The notes below the pieces were generated by a model. It searched no databases. It saw only the letters and a list, made by a program, of their open reading frames with translations, and was not told the origin of the DNA. Below are positions 9,501-14,819 of a stretch of DNA of 14,819 nt, piece by piece. The DNA comes from Bugula neritina. Taxonomy: Eukaryota; Animalia; Bryozoa. Position numbers and translations under genes: made by a program. The stretch is taken from positions 1 to 14,819 of the forward strand of contig CAXIUT010000226.1 of assembly GCA_964035545.1 (NCBI GenBank), in the 5' to 3' direction. Every line of letters begins with the position of its first letter. Within the stretch, counting starts at the first letter, position 1.

Positions 9501-11528
9501 TCAGATTTATAAACATAAAAAAACAAAATAAATGAATAATTTTAGCAAAATAAAAAATAACTTGATAAAAAACAACAATAAAAAGTAAATCTGGAACATA
9601 ACCTTCAATAATAACAAATATAAAATAGCCAAATAATGTAAAATCTAGTAAAAACATAATCTGATCTTCAAAGCGAGAAAGAACTAAGAAGCCAAATCTA
9701 GCTAAAACTAAAAGACCTCAGATAATAATATTCATAATTATCAATATAAAAAGAAACACTACTAAACAAGTTAAATATATCATTATAGACATCAAATCTA
9801 TCAACAGAATAGTTAAAATCAAAAAATACGATCCTATAATAAAACTTACAAACCTAAATAACAAAATCAAACAAATATTATGAAAAATTATCAACAATAT
9901 CAAACGATTTATAAATAAAATAATTCTAAATAAAACAATATAAATAAAAATAGTAAAAATACTAAAAAATAATAATAGATTTACAATAATAAAAATTAAA
10001 ATAAAAAAAACCAAATAATAAAACAATAAATAAACATCCAATAATCTAATAGATCTATCATGCAACTATAAAAATAAAAATAATAACAACATCTCTAGAA
10101 GAAAACAATCGAATCATAATTATAAAATAAAAAAATAAAAGAAAATCTAATTATAATAATAAATATCAACCCTCAAAACTACCATCTAAGATCAATAAAA
10201 TTAAATATAAGGCAATAAATTCTAATACGAATAACTAAATAAATAACGAATCAATTTAGCCAATCATAATTTATAATTGAAATAATCATAACATAAACCA
10301 AAAAATAATATCATAAAATATCAACCAAATAATCATAACTCAGAAATCGACTATCATCAGTACAAGAACAACTCAAATAGAAAGAATAATATTACTAAGA
10401 TAATAAAAATAAAAATTGGTAATAAAATAATCGATAACTTAAGGGAATAAAAAATAAATATCAAAAATTGGAAATATAAATGAAATAAACATAAAAAACA
10501 CTACTAGAATTAAAATTATTAACTCAGGCAAGAAATCAAATATCTCAATTAAGAAAAATAATAATTAGATGGCATGATATAATAAAGAGATGATTTAATA
10601 TAAAGACAAGAATAATAAATACTAACAGGACAAAATAGAATCATCTCTCTCAATGGATAACTTAGATCTTGTCTAGAAGCATGGTAAAAATAAAAAATGG
10701 CATCTTTGCCATCCAGAAAACAAGCCAGTAAAATTTAATAAGAATTATTGCGATTCCAATAATACGCCAATTAGTTAGACAGAAAAAATAAATAAAGTTT
10801 AAGAAATAAAAGCAAAGATTAAACCATGGCTTTTATCGGAAAATAACTAGTATAACTACTTGATTTACTACATAGATCAAAAATAAGAATACTAAGTTGC
10901 ATTTCCATAGAATAAAGAGATGAAGTCAGTAAGTAATATGAATCAATGCGTTCTAAAATATAGAAATACTTACCAGTCAAAAAGTAGCATCAGTCAATGA
11001 TTAAATATGATTCATATATATCTATATGATATAATCAATATAATCAATAAATTAAAATGCTTAATATTTCAGAATTGCCAGAAAGATACCTCACTGAACT
11101 TGCAAAATTGAATGAACTTTTAAGGATGTATCAGGTATCGAAAAAGAGCTAAAATTTTAGTCAAATATCAGAAAGAGTCAAACTTAAAATACATAAAATA
11201 CTAGCACAACTTAAATCATTTAGTTGTTATGAATAAGCTGAAGAAGATATAGTTGATAAAGTAAATAAAATTTTACAAGCAGATAAAACAGTATCTTCGA
11301 AGACAAGTAGTAAATCAAGCATGAAATCATCAGAATAAAACAATTCAAAACAAAGCATCAGTTTATCAGGTAAATATAATCAAAGTATTGGTGGATCATA
11401 AAAAATAGCAAGAGTAACTAATTCTCCTATTAAAAAATTAGCTTCAGTTACGATAGAAGAATCATCAAAAATGAAATAAATTCCATCACAATAACCGAAA
11501 TAAATGAAAAGTATGAGAGTTGCTAATT

Positions 11529-11585
11529 CTAAAATAAACTAAAAATAGGTTACAAATACTCCTAAAATAAACTAAAAATAGGTTA
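11529..11585 (+). repeat. In-frame 24-nt direct repeat, period 33 nt (KINEKEV x2)
   Basis: CTAAAATAAACTAAAAATAGGTTA at 11529 and 11562. Confidence 0.8.
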
Positions 11586-12550
11586 AAAATTAATAAATTA
11601 AAATACAATAAACACCAGAACCAATCGATTCAGCTATCTAGATAATCACACCATCATCGGGCATCGCATTCAGATCCAGATAGTTTCAAACTTATAAAAG
11701 CACCAAAAGTGCTCAAGTATCAAATAGACAAAGTGGAAACATCAGTTCAAATTAAAACAATCTTCAAAGTATCAGCACTATAAATAAAATATAATAAAAA
11801 AAAAGTCAAAATTAATCATTCTAATTCTTCGATTCAAGTAAAAGCTAAAAAGTCAATCATTAAAAATAAAAATAACCTTCATCAGAAGAAGATCTATCAT
11901 CAGATTTATCATAAAAATTATCATAAATAAGCTACAATGACTAAATGTTTCGACATCCTTATCAAATTCTTCTCATAAAATAAATAAAGACTCAATTTCT
12001 GCCTTATTTTTAATAACTAACTCTTTGAACAGATGTAGGAGGAATTAGATGGACATTTTTATCTTTTTGGCATCAATAAACCCTAAACCAGAAATATCAA
12101 CTAGCTCTACGCATGCACATTAATGAAATTTCTATCAGCATAACTTCAAAAAAGATAATTCTAGTATTCAAGTGAACGCAAAGATTTTATAAACAACATC
12201 AGAATTCCTCTAGGTTTGATATTCAAAGGATAAATCCATCAGTAATTACTCCATAACATATCAAATTTCTAATAGCAGTTGAAAGTCCTCAGCCGATCAT
12301 CCTCCTCCTCAAAGATGACGATGCAGATAAAGGTAGCATATGCACTTTTAGTGAATAAATTATTGATATAATAAGACTAACTCCAAGAAAGCAACTACAT
12401 ACTTGCGCATAAAGATTAAGAAATAGTATATATGTTTTACCATACGGATATAACACTTTCCAAGTGATAAAAACAAAGTTATGACAAAATATCTAGCAAG
12501 AGTTCTACCTAATCTAGCATAATAAGCGCCCAATGCCATTGCTATTACAG

Positions 12551-12570
12551 GTAACGATTGCATCAGATAG
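12551..12570 (+). other. Candidate 20-nt intron
   Basis: CAG|GTAACGATTGCATCAGATAG fits the GTA-N11-A-N3-AG pattern; the frame context is ambiguous. Confidence 0.45.
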
Positions 12571-13135
12571 TAGAAGCATTGTTTTATATATAAGTTGCAT
12601 TCTAAATTTTCACAACAACCAAAACAAGATTTTTTTGATATATTTTGTTCATAGTAATATTCTTGATGCCAAAATGGGATTCAAAGATAAAGATATTGAA
12701 CTATTCAGAAGATAAGCCATATAAAATGAAGTCAAAGTACCTAAAATATTATCAATCAATGTTACTAAATAAACCTCACAAATAAGAAACTAATTCTTCT
12801 AGATACTTCTTTAAACTAAACACAAAAGAGATCCTTTCTTTTTTATCAATCTCAGTACCCTGCAAAATAAAAAAACAGTCATAGCCACCCTCAAACCAGA
12901 AAATAACTATATAAACCATCAAAAAAGCTGAATCATTGAGTTATAAATAATATGAAAAAGATACAGTACTTACCAACATCATTCACTTGGTAGCAAAAAA
13001 TAACATAAAATAATTTGAAGTTAGTGAAGGAAAAGTTGAATGTAAAGAGGTCAAATACCAGCCCAAGTGATCATTAGCTATAACATAAATTATAATATGA
13101 TATATGATAAAAAGAATAATAGAATTTGATCATTA

Positions 13136-13223
13136 GGGGTTGGGGTTGGGGTTGGGGTTGGGGTTGGGGTTGGGTTGGGGTTGGGGTTGGGGTTGGGGTT
13201 GGGGGTTGGGGTTGGGGTTGGGT
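13136..13223 (+). repeat. Interstitial telomeric tract (GGGGTT)~15, 88 nt
   Basis: G4T2 units with one G3T2 and one G5T2 variant, ending GGGT; right-end orientation. Confidence 0.97.
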
Positions 13224-14737
13224 AATTATCCTATTACTTCTCCATACAATTGATATCTTCCTTTTTGATTTATTATTCATTCAACTCATTATTTCTTTTC
13301 ACATTTATTCTCTTTTTTATTTTTACTTTATCCTCTTTCTTTTTTTTATTACTTCTTTTTAATTCTTCTTTATTATTACTTTTTCATCATTCTTTATTTC
13401 ATCTAATGATATGGCTCAATCCATTCACTAAGTTTCAATTATTTTTATGCCTTTTATTATTGCTATTCATTATTAATACGACCTTTTATTTTTCTAAAAT
13501 ACTATTCAATCAGTTATTGATTCTTTTTCTGATTTCCAAAGCTATCTAGAATCATAAGTGAAGCTAATTAGATCATAAAAATATTTATTTTTCTAAAAAT
13601 TATTAATTAATGGCCATAAAATTTCTAAATTCTTCAAAAAGTGTATATTCATCTGGATATTATAACTTACTTTTTGATAAAAATTTATCACATCTTCTTA
13701 TCTAGTTTTCATATCTTCTTTCCTACATCTAAGAAAGTCTCTTTTATTCTTAATTTTTATATTTTTTCCACTCATAGTCTTCAAACATATACTTAAAAAT
13801 TCTTCTTTACTCAACATGTCTAGATTATTGCTAATCTAAATATCTTATTAATTCTTTATTCTCTTGCTTAAAATATTGATACCATGATTCTGTTCTCTTA
13901 CGACTCTTCTATTTACTACATACCTATCGATGAGCTTTTCTTCTCTATTTTATCATTTATTTAGTTTCAAGACTTTGCTTTTCAGGTTTGCTATTTAGTC
14001 GATTTGTAAACATATTTTTTTTGTATTCTTATTAACTATATAAATATTTTTAATGGTTTCATCTTTTACTTTACTAGAAAGTATATTTTGTTAGTAATCC
14101 TGTCCTTATTTAGTTTATAGATACTAATTAGTAGCATTAATAAGATCTGGTATGGATTTATTGATCTTGTTAGTATGTAATAAACTTATAAATTTTTATA
14201 ATTCTTCTGAACTAAATTTAGTTTGAGAACATTTTTAATCTATGGTTTATTATATTTATTTCATTTAATGATAGTTTTTTGGTGATTTATTATCTGTTAT
14301 ATTTATTAGATTTTTATCATCTCCCATTAATTTCTGATTATTTTGATGATCTATCTTTTATTTTGTTGTGATTTACTAATTATCTTCTTTCATATTTTGA
14401 AAAACACGATTTAAGTTGTCCTTTCAAGAAAGTTACATATGAATATGCAATTAAATATAAAATTAAAACCTCTAAATTATCATAAAAAAGAACCATACCA
14501 TTTTCACTGTTTTTATCATATTTATAAATCTTCTATTTATTTTTCTTAAATATTTTTCTTATTTTTAAAATTATTTCTTTATTTTTAAAATTATTTGATT
14601 TTACTTTTGTACTCGTGAATTAGTTTATATTTTGAATTAAAATTCATTTCTCTTCATATCATTCTGATTAATAATAAAATAAATTTCTCCTTAATATATT
14701 TTCTATTGAATCATCGTGCTTTTTATCATAAAAATAT
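13224..14737 (-). pseudogene. Unknown K/E-rich protein gene fragment, frameshifted, 3' end running into the internal telomeric tract
   Basis: The minus strand is A/G-rich with protein-like stretches (KIKEFEKE..KEFEKEEKYL; FYQKSKLEYPDEYTLFEEFRNF; ...NEEEIKKEDINCMEKEEDNY then telomere) in changing frames. Confidence 0.5.
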
Positions 14738-14819
14738 GGGGGTTGGGGTTGGGGTTGGGGTTGGGGTTGGGGTTGGGGTTGGGGTTGGGGTTGGGGTTGG
14801 GGTTGGGGTTGGGGTTGGG
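14738..14819 (+). repeat. Right terminal telomere (GGGGTT)n
   Basis: G4T2 repeats to the end of the window. Confidence 0.97.

Larger units (their letters stand above)
6403..11000 (+). pseudogene. Large NT-C2-like domain plus E/K-rich coiled-coil protein gene (~1500 codons); 5' end interrupted, multiply frameshifted as sequenced
   Basis: N-terminal pieces LYPLSNGECIVNDKVSFNTEAFF...VDLTISI...VAGVVSFN...LLLKRCSDKKATITMNISY resemble EEIG1/EHBP1 NT-C2. Long heptad-like runs follow (e.g. 9420-9990 LKEKESSEKISSEKEKSITSLKTKISDLETEK...) and a clean C-terminus ends at TGA 10998-11000. The frame changes at e.g. ~6615, ~6645, ~8795, ~9410, ~10010 and ~10295. It may be an intact gene with consensus errors. 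Confidence 0.6.
11057..13070 (+). pseudogene. Unknown protein gene: clean S/K/E-rich N-terminal 323 codons, frameshifted C-terminal half
   Basis: ATG 11057 is open to TGA 12026. Protein-like stretches then alternate among frames until TGA 13068-13070 (...FEVSEGKVECKEVKYQPK*). Candidate intron at 12551-12570. Confidence 0.55.

Noticed and set aside
12333-12351. 19-nt GTAGCATATGCACTTTTAG candidate intron
   Set aside because: It lacks the -6 A, has the wrong length and does not resolve the downstream frame.
12026-12931. TGA read as Trp (in-frame TGAs at 12026, 12173, 12482 and 12929 in the frame of ATG 11057), implying a code with no dedicated stop
   Set aside because: About 15 Trp codons in the five clean genes are all TGG with no internal TGA. 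Four TGAs in ~300 codons is about what off-frame reading gives, and protein-like text alternates between frames here.
13074-13362. PQ/PT-repeat and GW/GV-repeat ORFs
   Set aside because: Simple translations of the telomeric tract.
337-13549. Most ORFs in the supplied track (e.g. 337-651, 3755-3946, 4679-4969, 8002-8217, 9718-10065, 13250-13549)
   Set aside because: They are antisense or off-frame shadows of real genes produced by using the standard code. The F/I/L-rich 'membrane proteins' are reverse complements of A-rich coiled-coil DNA.
1-14819. CRISPR arrays, transposons, tRNA/rRNA genes, retained IESs
   Set aside because: I saw no spacer-repeat structure, transposase motifs, terminal inverted repeats, cloverleafs or clear TA-bounded insertions.

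Overview
This is eukaryotic DNA: a telomere-to-telomere ciliate macronuclear mini-chromosome or contig with (CCCCAA)n at the left end, (GGGGTT)n at the right end, and two internal ~90-nt G4T2 tracts (6313-6402, 13136-13223). The supplied standard-code ORF track is misleading because only TGA is a stop. TAA and TAG fall at positions that are Glu in homologous families, which points to the peritrich-type code (NCBI table 30) rather than the usual ciliate TAR=Gln code. Segment 1 (76-6312) holds five intact, tightly packed genes: an unknown 172-aa protein, a tepsin/MTV1-like VHS-domain protein, a CRC (tesmin/TSO1/LIN54) protein, an HCF101-type Mrp/NBP35 ATPase and a divergent BBS2. A further ORF is cut by the left telomere. 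Segments 2-3 hold an NT-C2 plus coiled-coil giant, an unknown gene and a K/E-rich gene, all with many frameshifts. Every intron I can support is exactly 20 nt, begins GTA and has an A at position 15 (-6). All protein calls rest on manual translation and recalled family motifs, not database searches.
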